DNA from: Methanofastidiosum sp.
GTDB taxonomy: Archaea > Methanobacteriota_B > Thermococci > Methanofastidiosales > Methanofastidiosaceae
Reading direction: 5' to 3'
Assembly (NCBI GenBank): GCA_040771805.1
Contig: JAXGZJ010000001.1
Location: 1,359,961 to 1,423,960, forward strand
Length of the DNA: 64,000 nt
Shown here: positions 38,676 through 48,390 of the stretch, piece by piece
How positions within the stretch are numbered: the stretch's first letter is position 1
Layout of the letters: each line of letters opens with the position of its first letter
Notes under the pieces: model-generated
Databases searched by the model: none
The model's input: only the letters and a program-made list of their open reading frames with translations
What the model was told of the DNA's origin: nothing
Translations under genes and position numbers: made by a program

Positions 38676-40882
38676 TGCCTTTGTCTCATCCCTTTATAAA
38701 AGGGGAGATTTCGCCTAGACCCTATCAAGAAACAATTTTTGTAAAAAGTAAGGATAAAAATACACTAGTCATACTGCCAACAGGTCTTGGAAAAACTTAC
38801 ATTGGAATTTTATTAGCAGCATATACCTTACAATTACTGAGAAAAAAAGTGTTAGTCCTGGCTCCAACTAAGCCTTTGTCAGAGCAGCATTTTAAAACTT
38901 TTTCAGAAATATTGAATGTTGATAAAGAGAGCGTTGCCATTCTTACCGGGGTTGTGTCACCAATAAATCGAGAGAAAATATATAATAAATCTTTAGTTTT
39001 GATGGCCACCCCCCAAGTCATAGAAAATGACATTTTAAATGGGAAGATAAATTTAAGCGAATTTGGGCTTATTATTTTTGATGAAGCGCATCGTGCAATA
39101 GGAAATTATGCATACACTTACATAGCAGAAAAAGCTATTTCTAAAAATGTTAGAATTTTAGGTTTAACTGCTTCACCTGCATCAAATAAAGAAAAAATGC
39201 AAGAAATAATCAAAAATTTAGGAATAGAACATATAGAGTTAAGAAATGAAAACTCTCCAGATGTTAAACCTTATGTTCAAGATATTGAAATTTCTTGGAT
39301 TACAGTTAAACTACCTGATGAGTTTTTAGAAATTAAGAAGTTACTTGAACTTTTATTGAACAGAGAAATAACAAATCTAAAAGATCTAGGATTTGTTTCA
39401 TCCCAAGAAGTCACAAAAAAAGAAATATTGGGCACTGTACTTAAAATTAATAATAAAATTAAAGAAGTGCCAATCCAAGAGAAATCAGTTTATTATGGAG
39501 CACTCAAATCTCAAGCAAAGGCAATTAAGTTATACCATGCTTTAGAATTATTAGAAACTCAAGGCATTTCTTCTTTGATATCATATTTTAAAAAAATGCG
39601 CGAGGGAAAAAGCCGCTCTTCATTAGAGCTACTTTCTGAGAAAAATGTAATGAAAATTATAGCAATGGCAGATAATCTAAATCAAATGGGCATAGAACAC
39701 CCTAAACTTTCAAAGTTATATGAAATCGTCGCCAATAACGTAAGCGAAGGAAAAAATTTAATTGTTTTTTCGCATTATAGAGACACTACAATTAGAATCG
39801 TTAATGAGTTGAAGAAAATAGATGGAGTAAAAGTTGAGAGATTTGTTGGTCAAGCTTCAAAAAGGGGAGACGAAGGTTTATCTCAAAAAAAACAGAAGGA
39901 AATAATAGAGAAATTTAGATTGGGCGAATTTAACGTACTTGTTGCTACATCAGTAGCTGAAGAGGGACTTGACATACCAGAAGTCGATATGGTCATATTA
40001 TTTGAACCCGTACCTTCAGAAATACGAACAATTCAGAGAAGAGGTAGAACTGCTAGAAGAAGAAGCGGCCAAGTGATAATTCTTATTGCAGAGAAAACTA
40101 GAGATGAAGGGTACTATTGGGCAAGTAAACGAAAAGAAAAATTAATGAGGCACACCGTAATGGAATTGAAGAGAAATATCAAGAAAAGTGATGAAGCTAT
40201 TATTGCTGGAAAAGGACAGAGTAAGCTCAAAGATTTTGTTGAAATGCCCCACATCATAGCAGATGACAGGGAAGATAAGAAGTTTTTAAAAGTCTTATCA
40301 GAAAATGCAAATGTTAAGATTAGCCGTTTGGAAGTGGGAGATTACATCTTATCAAATAGAATTGGGGTTGAAAGAAAGTCATCAAATGATTTTATTGAAT
40401 CATTAATCAAAGGAACTCTTTTTTCTCAAATTATGTCCCTTTCAAATACATTTGAAGTTCCTATAGTGGTGGTAGAGGGAAGCGATATTTATTCAATAAG
40501 AAATATGGATGAGAAATCAATTCGAGGTGCAATTATATCTGCTATAGTAGATTTCAGAGTTAGGATTATTTTTACTAAAACGCTTGAAGAAACAGCAAAT
40601 TTTCTTGTTGATATCTCATTAAGAGAACAGAAAGAGAAAGATCGGATGCCTGTAATACGTGGAGAAAAAAGAATAATGAGCTTAAGAGAAAAACAACTAT
40701 ACATTATTGAAGGTCTTCCAGAAGTTTCATCCATTCTTTCTCGAAGATTATTAAAAAAATTTGGCAGTGTTCTGGGAGTTTTTAATGCAGGCGAGATAGA
40801 ACTTAAGGAAGTTGAGGGTGTTGGAGATACTAAAGCTAAAAAGATAAGAGAGGTAATAGACTCTCAGTATGAAGAAGTATAA
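38675..40882 (+). CDS. hef: Hef helicase-nuclease (DEAH helicase plus ERCC4/XPF nuclease and HhH)
   Basis: PTGLGKT, DEAH, TASP, QRRGRTAR, GDY...ERKS. Confidence 0.95.
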   Translation: MPLSHPFIKGEISPRPYQETIFVKSKDKNTLVILPTGLGKTYIGILLAAYTLQLLRKKVLVLAPTKPLSEQHFKTFSEILNVDKESVAILTGVVSPINREKIYNKSLVLMATPQVIENDILNGKINLSEFGLIIFDEAHRAIGNYAYTYIAEKAISKNVRILGLTASPASNKEKMQEIIKNLGIEHIELRNENSPDVKPYVQDIEISWITVKLPDEFLEIKKLLELLLNREITNLKDLGFVSSQEVTKKEILGTVLKINNKIKEVPIQEKSVYYGALKSQAKAIKLYHALELLETQGISSLISYFKKMREGKSRSSLELLSEKNVMKIIAMADNLNQMGIEHPKLSKLYEIVANNVSEGKNLIVFSHYRDTTIRIVNELKKIDGVKVERFVGQASKRGDEGLSQKKQKEIIEKFRLGEFNVLVATSVAEEGLDIPEVDMVILFEPVPSEIRTIQRRGRTARRRSGQVIILIAEKTRDEGYYWASKRKEKLMRHTVMELKRNIKKSDEAIIAGKGQSKLKDFVEMPHIIADDREDKKFLKVLSENANVKISRLEVGDYILSNRIGVERKSSNDFIESLIKGTLFSQIMSLSNTFEVPIVVVEGSDIYSIRNMDEKSIRGAIISAIVDFRVRIIFTKTLEETANFLVDISLREQKEKDRMPVIRGEKRIMSLREKQLYIIEGLPEVSSILSRRLLKKFGSVLGVFNAGEIELKEVEGVGDTKAKKIREVIDSQYEEV

Positions 40883-40967
40883 TTCCATTATTGTTAATCA
40901 ATATATAACCAAAAGATTTAAATATTAAGAAGCAATAATGCCTATTACCACTAATAGGTGATGACTT

Positions 40968-41129
40968 ATGAGAGGACGTAACGATTCAGAAGCAAGAAAA
41001 TTCTTTAGACAAGCAAAAAAAATGAAAGATAGAGCTGAAGCAAATATAAAAAAAAGAAATTTTGTATTAGCTTCTATTGAAATAGATGTTGCAAATAGGC
41101 TTCTTGAAGAAGGAAGTAAATTTCTCTAA
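40968..41129 (+). CDS. Small hypothetical protein, 53 aa (below ORF-track cutoff)
   Basis: AGGTGA RBS; MRGRNDSEARKFFRQAKKMKDRAEANIKKRNFVLASIEIDVANRLLEEGSKFL*; T-rich run after stop. Confidence 0.6.
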   Translation: MRGRNDSEARKFFRQAKKMKDRAEANIKKRNFVLASIEIDVANRLLEEGSKFL

Positions 41130-41283
41130 ATTTTATTTTTTAATTGATATTTTTAGATAATATCTATTTAGATTTACTCACTATAATGTGTAAAAGTAAT
41201 AAAATCTAGATTGTGTAAAATCAGATGGTAAAATAGAAATGGCAAATCTTCAAATTCTAAAATTAAAAATAATAAAATATTTA

Positions 41284-42396
41284 TTATAATTTTTCAAATC
41301 TTTTTTCAAGCTCCCTTAATACTTTTGGAAGTGTTGTATATTCCATATCTTCAGGGGGCAATCTATGGGGCTCAAATGGCCCATGCCGCCTCATATAGTC
41401 TGCAACTCTTTGTGCTTTTATCCTAGCATTGTCATATGCGGGGTCATCGAACAGATCGACAGGTCCAATTAGTTTTCCATTTGCTATTTGGAACCCTAAA
41501 GCAATGACTCTTGGTGGCCCGTCAAATCTTGTGCATACAGCATTTTTTTGACTTACAGGCATTATTGGTCCATTATGCGATCCTCTCATCCATCCTGCTA
41601 CTAAGTGTGGAAAAGCAAAAGGCTCAAGGACTTCACCTACTGCAGGGAGCCCCGATTGGGCCCTTACTAAAGCCACAGGATCATCTTTTCCTACATATTC
41701 TCCAGCAATTTTGTAAAGTTTCTCAGTGCTTATAGTTGCTACTGCCTCATCTGCGGATAATTTTCCTCCTTTCTTAGGGTACACTCTTTTTATTACATAT
41801 CTTGATTTGGCACCAATTAATGCGAGCATTTTGTAAAGTTCCTCAGGGCAATCCATAAACACTTTTTTACTATCGAATATGTCCCATATTTCAAATCTAA
41901 ATCCTGCCACAGCGTTAGGATCTATTACAAGGCCTATAGTATTAAATGGATCTGCAAACATCTTATATATGGGTAGATTAAAAGCTCCTGGATCTGTTTT
42001 ATCCATCATAAATGCAATTAATGGTTCTGCTTTCCTTTCTTCGAATTCTAGTTCTGCCACACCAGGGCCCATCCCTCTAACATTTCCACTGAAAGATTCT
42101 GCTAAAAGATCTTGGCCCGCACCATAAAGTTTCAGTTTTTTGGCCATTTCTGTTGCTTTTTCAAAAGTATCCCAAGCAAGGTGGTGAACTTCCAAACAAT
42201 CGACACCTTTTCTGTGTGTCATTATTAATTCTAAATCATCTCCACAGTTTGTAACGTGGAAATCAACTAGTAGTTTACCTTTTTCTTTTTCTAATTCTTT
42301 TTTAGCTGTTTGAATTAAATCAGGATGTACCAAAGCGTGGCCTGGCCATCCCCCAACATCTGCTTTAATAAGAGAAACTGTTATTTTTTCTCCCAT
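41284..42396 (-). CDS. fbp: Bifunctional fructose-1,6-bisphosphate aldolase/phosphatase (class V)
   Basis: IKADVGG.PGH, LYGAGQDLL, YVGKDDP, GWMRGSH.GP, RHGPFEPH. Confidence 0.96.
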   Translation of the reverse strand: MGEKITVSLIKADVGGWPGHALVHPDLIQTAKKELEKEKGKLLVDFHVTNCGDDLELIMTHRKGVDCLEVHHLAWDTFEKATEMAKKLKLYGAGQDLLAESFSGNVRGMGPGVAELEFEERKAEPLIAFMMDKTDPGAFNLPIYKMFADPFNTIGLVIDPNAVAGFRFEIWDIFDSKKVFMDCPEELYKMLALIGAKSRYVIKRVYPKKGGKLSADEAVATISTEKLYKIAGEYVGKDDPVALVRAQSGLPAVGEVLEPFAFPHLVAGWMRGSHNGPIMPVSQKNAVCTRFDGPPRVIALGFQIANGKLIGPVDLFDDPAYDNARIKAQRVADYMRRHGPFEPHRLPPEDMEYTTLPKVLRELEKRFEKL

Positions 42397-43005
42397 TTAA
42401 TCCTCCTCATCCTTTGATTTAAAATCATCAATTGTGAATGGAGGTTCCTCACCATCTTTAATCTGCCCTTTCGCTTTCATCATTTCTCTGGCAATGAGAT
42501 AATAAATAAGCGCTAAAGCTTTTTTACCTTTGTTATTTGTTGGTACAACTAAATCAACATTTGATAAGTAATTTTCAGAGTCACATAGGGCAACTACTGG
42601 TATTTTTGCAAGTCCCGCCTCTCTTAATATTTGATAATCTGCCCTTGGGTCTGTCAATATGACTACTTCAGGTTCAATAAAATCGTCACAGTTTGGATTT
42701 GTGAGAGATCCGGGTATGAATCTTTTGGTAATTGTTTTTGCCCCCGTTTTTTGACCGAAAGCCAATACAGGTTTGAATCCATAGATTCTTGATGATACCA
42801 CAAGGATTTTTTCTGGCTCAAATTTGGCAAGAAACTTTCCAACTTTTTCTATTTTCCTGTTTGTTTCATTTATGTCCAATATATAAAGACCATCTTGTCT
42901 TATCCTAAATATATACCTTTCCATATCTTTTGTTTTTTGGGTCGTTCCAATATGAATCCCTGATGCAAGGTATAAATCAAGGGGTACTAACATTTCATCA
43001 CTCAT
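42397..43005 (-). CDS. rps2: 30S ribosomal protein S2
   Basis: YLASGIHIGT, RFIPGSLTNP, PTNNKG. Confidence 0.96.
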   Translation of the reverse strand: MSDEMLVPLDLYLASGIHIGTTQKTKDMERYIFRIRQDGLYILDINETNRKIEKVGKFLAKFEPEKILVVSSRIYGFKPVLAFGQKTGAKTITKRFIPGSLTNPNCDDFIEPEVVILTDPRADYQILREAGLAKIPVVALCDSENYLSNVDLVVPTNNKGKKALALIYYLIAREMMKAKGQIKDGEEPPFTIDDFKSKDEED

Positions 43006-43604
43006 TAAATCTCCTCTCCTAAATATTCTTTAATTCTTATTAGTTCATTTATAATAGGAATATTTTCTTCTGTTATATCTAGGTACTTTAGATTAAATGC
43101 CAAGGCTAAATGGCAGATTCCTTCATCAACTGCAGAGATAATGCAATTATTATCCTCTTTTGAAGAAACATATATCTTTGATATCGTATCTAGATCAATT
43201 TTCTTAGGCCTATGTTTTTCCTTTAGTTCATTCAAATCTATATCAAATATTTTTTCTCCGATGGTTAGAAATGGCATTTGACCTTCGTAAATACCACCAA
43301 GATACCTAAAAAGGGGTAAGGAATAAAAGGAAGATGCTGCTTTAGCAGATGCCAAAGACAATACAAATCTTATTTGGTTATATGGCGTTATTTCACAAAG
43401 TAATTCATCTAATGATTTTTGTTCTATTGCATCCAATCCTACAAGTTCAGGCAAAACAACTTCCTCTATTTCGGAGATATCTCCTTCAAATGGTACGGAA
43501 GCTCTTCCAAAGCTTGAATTCGTATAGATATCTATCTCTACTATTTTCTTCTCTCGACCACTGTTGTAAATCATTCTTGCTCTTATATCCTCTATTACGG
43601 TCAA
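43005..43604 (-). CDS. Short enolase-like protein (N-terminal enolase domain, catalytic barrel largely missing)
   Basis: IEDIRARMIYNSG..IVEIDI..GRASVP, EQKSLD..L, SLASAKAA...LPLFRYLGG; TTG start after GGAGAGG. Confidence 0.75.
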   Translation of the reverse strand: MTVIEDIRARMIYNSGREKKIVEIDIYTNSSFGRASVPFEGDISEIEEVVLPELVGLDAIEQKSLDELLCEITPYNQIRFVLSLASAKAASSFYSLPLFRYLGGIYEGQMPFLTIGEKIFDIDLNELKEKHRPKKIDLDTISKIYVSSKEDNNCIISAVDEGICHLALAFNLKYLDITEENIPIINELIRIKEYLGEEI

Positions 43605-43631
43605 TCTTTCCTCTCCTTTTTCTATTTCCAA

Positions 43632-43709
43632 TGGTGGGACCGTCGGGATTTGAACCCGAGTTTCCACCACCCCAAGGTGAGAGGCTAGTCCAAGCTACCC
43701 CACGGTCCC
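43632..43709 (-). tRNA. tRNA-Pro (anticodon GGG), CCA encoded
   Basis: GGGACCG...TCACC-TTGGGGT-GGTGG...TCGGGTTCAAATCCCGACGGTCCCACCA; usual position after rpoN. Confidence 0.92.
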
Positions 43710-43744
43710 ATGTGAAATCAACTATAAACTATTAAAATATAAAA

Positions 43745-43939
43745 TTATATTTTATAGTCGAGCAATTCGTCTATGAGGTCAACATGGGTAAGAAGCATTC
43801 GTCTACAGCAATATCTTGTCAATCCCATGTCATCCAATATTTTTTCTGATAGTTCCCCTTTGCTTAACCTATCTAGGTATGGCTCATAAAGATGTCCAAT
43901 CACTTTTCCACAAGTAAAACATCTTACAGGGATTATCAA
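43745..43939 (-). CDS. rpoN: DNA-directed RNA polymerase subunit N (Rpo10)
   Basis: [12 protein letters not shown]...RYCCRRM. Confidence 0.97.
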   Translation of the reverse strand: MIIPVRCFTCGKVIGHLYEPYLDRLSKGELSEKILDDMGLTRYCCRRMLLTHVDLIDELLDYKI

Positions 43940-43943
43940 AAGA

Positions 43944-44348
43944 TCACCTGTAAGATTTTTGTCTTCTTGCTCTTGGCCCTTTAGAAGACTTACTTGGTTT
44001 GTGTTCCTCAGTTCTCCTTGAATCCCCTCTTAATAGTATTCTATCATATCCTAAATAAGCTTCTTTCAAAGAGTTGTCTTGGGTGAATTCTACAAGACCC
44101 CTTGCAATTGCTATTCTGCATGCATCGGCTTGTCCCATAATACCTCCCCCTCGAACATCAACATCAATGTCAACGGTGTTGGCTGTATCGCCTGCAAGGA
44201 TAATTGGTTCAAACATTTTTATTCTAACCATTTCAGGTTCTATTATTGGCAGGGGTTTACTATTAATTCTTACTCTTCCCTTACCTTCTTTTACAGTTGC
44301 TCTTGCAACTGCTTTTTTTCTTTTGCCAATTGATTGAATTATTTTCAT
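43944..44348 (-). CDS. rps9: 30S ribosomal protein S9
   Basis: [24 protein letters not shown]. Confidence 0.97.
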   Translation of the reverse strand: MKIIQSIGKRKKAVARATVKEGKGRVRINSKPLPIIEPEMVRIKMFEPIILAGDTANTVDIDVDVRGGGIMGQADACRIAIARGLVEFTQDNSLKEAYLGYDRILLRGDSRRTEEHKPSKSSKGPRARRQKSYR

Positions 44349-44770
44349 ATACGGCCCCCAAGGAAGCTTGATATTTCTTTAACTTTAAAGTATTTTTTAG
44401 TTCTAAGTTTTGAAACATCTGCATCATTGAATCTAATATATTCCTTCCCAGTCAAATCATCAGGAACTCCAACATATACCTTTAATTTTCGGTAAGCCTT
44501 TCTTCCCTTTTCCTTTTTCCAAGGTAACATTCCCCTTATAGCTCTTCTGACTATTCTGTCAGATCTTTTAGGGAAAAATGAACCTCTTAAAGGATTAGCT
44601 AAATCTTTGAATTGAGCTCTTTTTTGATAAAGTTCAAAGAAATAGTCCCTATTGCCTGTAATTATAACTTCTTCAGCATTAACTATGAAAACTTCTTCCC
44701 CTTCTAAAAGTTTTTTTGCAGCAACTGATGCCATTCTACCTAGAATCTGATCTTTTCCATCGATTATCAT
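44345..44770 (-). CDS. rpl13: 50S ribosomal protein L13
   Basis: [21 protein letters not shown]. Confidence 0.97.
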   Translation of the reverse strand: MIIDGKDQILGRMASVAAKKLLEGEEVFIVNAEEVIITGNRDYFFELYQKRAQFKDLANPLRGSFFPKRSDRIVRRAIRGMLPWKKEKGRKAYRKLKVYVGVPDDLTGKEYIRFNDADVSKLRTKKYFKVKEISSFLGGRI

Positions 44771-44774
44771 AAGA

Positions 44775-45134
44775 TCACTCCATTATTTTTACACCGCTAC
44801 CTCTTGGGTTTTCTTTGTAAAGATCATAAAGATTTATTGCTCTTCCCTTTTTGTTTATTTTTTCTAGGGCAGATTTAGAGAATTTGAATGCTGAAACAGT
44901 GACTTTATGGTCTAACTCACCGCTGCCTAATACTTTACCGGGGATTACAACTGTATCCCCTTCTTGTGAATATCTGTTAATTTTTGACAAATTTACTTGA
45001 GGCAAATGCCTTGTAGGTCTTTTAAATCTCTTAGAAAGATCAATCCACAAGGGTGTTTTTTCTGAATATCCTTTGTCTATAAAAAAATCTATAAGGTTCA
45101 ATATATTGGGATTAGTTTTATTTAACTTTTTCAT
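44775..45134 (-). CDS. rpl18e: 50S ribosomal protein L18e
   Basis: KTNP, VNLSKINRY, PGKVLGSG; ATG after GAGGTGA. Confidence 0.95.
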   Translation of the reverse strand: MKKLNKTNPNILNLIDFFIDKGYSEKTPLWIDLSKRFKRPTRHLPQVNLSKINRYSQEGDTVVIPGKVLGSGELDHKVTVSAFKFSKSALEKINKKGRAINLYDLYKENPRGSGVKIME

Positions 45135-45269
45135 TAATTTCACCTCTCAAACTCATACGCTTCCGCTCGCCTGAGATTAACATTGATATTTTAATACACT
45201 ATTTAAACGTTTCTATAAAATTTAGTCTATATATCGATATCTCTAAAGGAAACGCAGTATTATTGTTTC

Positions 45270-46400
45270 CTATAGTTTTGATATTGGATTTAAAATTGGG
45301 GTAAGCTCAGTCTTATACCCTAAATCTTTTAATGCCATCTGTAAACATGCCACAGTGGAGATTATTTCTTTTTCAGTAATACTGCCCATATGGCCAATTC
45401 GTATTATCTTCCCTTTAAGATGATCTTGCCCGCCAGCTATGATTATATCATGCTTCTCTCTCATTAGTTTAATGAGTTCAAGGCCATCAATGCCTTCTGG
45501 AACTTTTATAGAAGTAACAGTATTCGAACATGTCTTTTCATCTTGTGGGAATAGTTCTAGGCCCAATGCTTTTGCAGCCTCTCTAGTGGCTTTAGCCAGA
45601 TTTTCATGCTTTTTAATCCAGTTTTCAAGGCCGTATTCATCGATGATGTCTAAAGCTTCTTTTAATCCATAGGTCATTGATACTGGTTGCGTAAATGGAG
45701 CTTTATATTTGTTATTTTTATATTTTTTAAGGCTAAGATAATAGCATGTTGCATCTGTTTTTTCAATTACATCCCATGCTTTTTGACTAATCGAAATAAA
45801 GCACATTCCTGGTGGTAGTCCAATACACTTTTGGCTGCCTGATGCACATAGGTCTATCCCCCAATTATCAACTTCAATATTGTCTCCTCCAAGGGAAGAA
45901 ATTGTATCTACTACCAAAAGAGCTTTAGTATTTCTTACAATTTTGCCTAGTTCTGCAACAGGATTTCTAACTCCTGTTGAAGTTTCATTATGTACCATTG
46001 TTACGGCTTTAATGAACGGATCCTTTTCTAACGCTTTTTTCACGTCTTCTATATTTATTGGCGATCCCCATTCGTATTTTAGTTCAACTACTGTTCCCTT
46101 GTAGGCTTTTACTATATCCCTAAACCTCTCTCCAAATTTGCCTGAAGTAATACATAGGACCTTATCTCCCGGTTGTATGATATTAGCTATTGCAGCATCC
46201 ATTGCGGCAGTTCCAGACCCAGCCATTAAAAAAACATCATTATTTGTTTTGAATAATTTTTTCATTCTTTCTGATTGTTCCATAAAGAGTTTGTTGAATT
46301 CTTCGCCCCGATGAGGCATGATTTTCATTGACATTGCTCGAAATACCCTAGGATGTACAGGTATAGGGCCGGGTATCATAAGTAAAAAATCTTCATTCAT
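45270..46400 (-). CDS. Class V PLP aminotransferase (alanine-glyoxylate/serine-pyruvate type)
   Basis: LLMIPGP, GSGTAAM, HNETSTGV, SGSQKC, RIGHMG. Confidence 0.92.
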   Translation of the reverse strand: MNEDFLLMIPGPIPVHPRVFRAMSMKIMPHRGEEFNKLFMEQSERMKKLFKTNNDVFLMAGSGTAAMDAAIANIIQPGDKVLCITSGKFGERFRDIVKAYKGTVVELKYEWGSPINIEDVKKALEKDPFIKAVTMVHNETSTGVRNPVAELGKIVRNTKALLVVDTISSLGGDNIEVDNWGIDLCASGSQKCIGLPPGMCFISISQKAWDVIEKTDATCYYLSLKKYKNNKYKAPFTQPVSMTYGLKEALDIIDEYGLENWIKKHENLAKATREAAKALGLELFPQDEKTCSNTVTSIKVPEGIDGLELIKLMREKHDIIIAGGQDHLKGKIIRIGHMGSITEKEIISTVACLQMALKDLGYKTELTPILNPISKL

Positions 46401-46507
46401 ATAATCACGACATTATTTTAACCAAAATAAACATATATAAGATTATCCTATCTAACTACTAGTTAAAAGTGTTAGAATAGAATTAATCCCAAAGATATTA
46501 AAACAAA

Positions 46508-46702
46508 TCACATTATTTCTTTATGTGTCATTAGTCTTGTTGTGTATCCTGCAATGCGATTCAATAGTTTGTGTGTAGGTACGTCTATTAAATCTTTAAT
46601 TATTAATTTATTTTCTTCAAAGTCTTTTGTTAATTCGGCTCTGTGTTTTTCAACTAATTGTCTTGAAATTCTTTTTAAGAACGATGGCCTAATTCTTCCC
46701 AA
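46508..46702 (-). CDS. rps17e: 30S ribosomal protein S17e
   Basis: MGRIRP...DFEENK...NRIAGY. Confidence 0.95.
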   Translation of the reverse strand: MGRIRPSFLKRISRQLVEKHRAELTKDFEENKLIIKDLIDVPTHKLLNRIAGYTTRLMTHKEIM

Positions 46703-46839
46703 TATTACACCTCCATTTTAGATGAAATGACCTTATTCGCTTTTTAAAATTATCGCAAATACTTTGTTTTTCTTTCTAGGGGCCCTTATTTTAATATAAA
46801 TTACAGTAAATATTTAAGGTGAGTAAGCGAAAAATACTC

Positions 46840-47574
46840 ATGCTCAAGATTATAAATAGTCGAATTAATTCAAATATGACTATAGGGATAGGTGCTTATG
46901 AAAATCCAGATAAAATTGAAGAAGTTGCAGACAACATCAATTTTTGTAATGTTAAAGTTTTTTATAACTCTGCAAAAATAATATCTTCTCTAAAAAAGGG
47001 CAGTGTAGATGCAATAGTTAGAGGCACCTTGCCAAGTTCTGATTTTTTAAATGAGGTGAAAAATAAATTTAATATAGATAAAATCTATAGAATTGGTCTT
47101 CTAGGAACCTATGACAAAAAATATTTCTTTTTTGCGCCCCTTGGTATAGATGAAGGAGAGAATCTTAGAGAAAAAGAGATGTTTATTGAATATGCCAATG
47201 ATTTATTAAAACAATTTAGAGTTGAGCCAAAGATATCTGTACTATCGGGCGGGAGATTAAAAGATATTGGAAGATCTAAACTAGTTGACAAAAGTATCAT
47301 TGAAGCAGACGCTTTAGCAAAAAAGTATGCAGTTAAACACGCCCAAATATTAATTGAAAATGCAGTAATAGATTCAAATTTTATTCTTGCCCCAGACGGA
47401 ATTTCTGGGAATTTAATTTATCGAACTTTAATTCATCTTGGAGGTGGAAGTTCACATGGTGCTTTGTACTATCCTTTAGCTATTAACAACACAATTATTG
47501 TGGACACGTCAAGAGCTGCGCCCAAAGAAGAGTATATTTCCTCAATAGCACTTGCTAATGCCATTAAAAATTAA
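46840..47574 (+). CDS. mtxX: Methanogenesis marker protein Mmp4/MtxX
   Basis: DAIVRGTL, APLGIDEG, LSGGR..D.GR, APDGISGNLIYR, VDTSR. Confidence 0.9.
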   Translation: MLKIINSRINSNMTIGIGAYENPDKIEEVADNINFCNVKVFYNSAKIISSLKKGSVDAIVRGTLPSSDFLNEVKNKFNIDKIYRIGLLGTYDKKYFFFAPLGIDEGENLREKEMFIEYANDLLKQFRVEPKISVLSGGRLKDIGRSKLVDKSIIEADALAKKYAVKHAQILIENAVIDSNFILAPDGISGNLIYRTLIHLGGGSSHGALYYPLAINNTIIVDTSRAAPKEEYISSIALANAIKN

Positions 47575-48356
47575 TAATTAAACGTATCAATTATTTTATC
47601 TAAGTTTATTACATCCTTCCACGATCTAATTTCATTATGATTTGTCGCATCTAGATGTATTGGCGTCAAAGAAATTTTATTCTGTAGTAGTGCAGAGTAG
47701 TCGGTACCATCTTCTACAAAACCCCCCGGAGCTTTACCGAATACTTTAAAGACCATCTTACCTCCCTCGTTATCAGTTTCGAATGGTTCATCGTAGTACA
47801 CCCTCCTACCTAGTCGTGTTACTTCAATACCCTTTAGTTCATTGAAGGGCACAGAAGGAACATTTATGTTAAGAAGCGTATCAGTTGGCAACTTAGAAAA
47901 ATTCCAAGAATTGAAAAGTATTTCTAAAAATTTTGTTGCAGTTTCAAACATAGGATTAAAGTAGTCACTTGAAGAAATTGCTATTGAAGGTATTCCGTTT
48001 ATTATGCCTTCTCTTGCAGCTGAAACAGTGCCCGAGTAATATATATCATAAGATATATTCTCTCCGTGATTTATTCCAGAAAGAATCAAGTCAATTTTTT
48101 CTTTCATGAAATGCCTTATAGATAGAGCGACACAGTCTACAGGGGTCCCAGAAACAACATAGTCTGTTCTTTTTTTATTTTCTAAGTATACCTCTTCAAC
48201 TCCAATTTTTTTAAATATAGAATAACTATGCCCAATACCACTGCAGTTTTCTTTGGGGGCTACAACTACCACCTCTCCCAAAGATTCGGCAATTTCTATA
48301 AGGCTATTTAGTCCTTCTCTTCCATAACCATCATCATTAGTTACAAGTATTCTCAT
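47571..48356 (-). CDS. surE: 5'/3'-nucleotidase SurE
   Basis: ILVTNDDG, SGTPVDC, SGINHG.N, YSGTVSAA.EG. Confidence 0.95.
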   Translation of the reverse strand: MRILVTNDDGYGREGLNSLIEIAESLGEVVVVAPKENCSGIGHSYSIFKKIGVEEVYLENKKRTDYVVSGTPVDCVALSIRHFMKEKIDLILSGINHGENISYDIYYSGTVSAAREGIINGIPSIAISSSDYFNPMFETATKFLEILFNSWNFSKLPTDTLLNINVPSVPFNELKGIEVTRLGRRVYYDEPFETDNEGGKMVFKVFGKAPGGFVEDGTDYSALLQNKISLTPIHLDATNHNEIRSWKDVINLDKIIDTFNY

Positions 48357-48390
48357 TTGAACTAAAAAAGATATGAGTTACTTTTAAAGG

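Noticed and set aside
43349..43735. 128-aa plus-strand ORF and the 5' extension (to 43670) of the enolase-like ORF
   Set aside because: Both overlap tRNA-Pro; a TTG start at 43604 with an RBS fits better.
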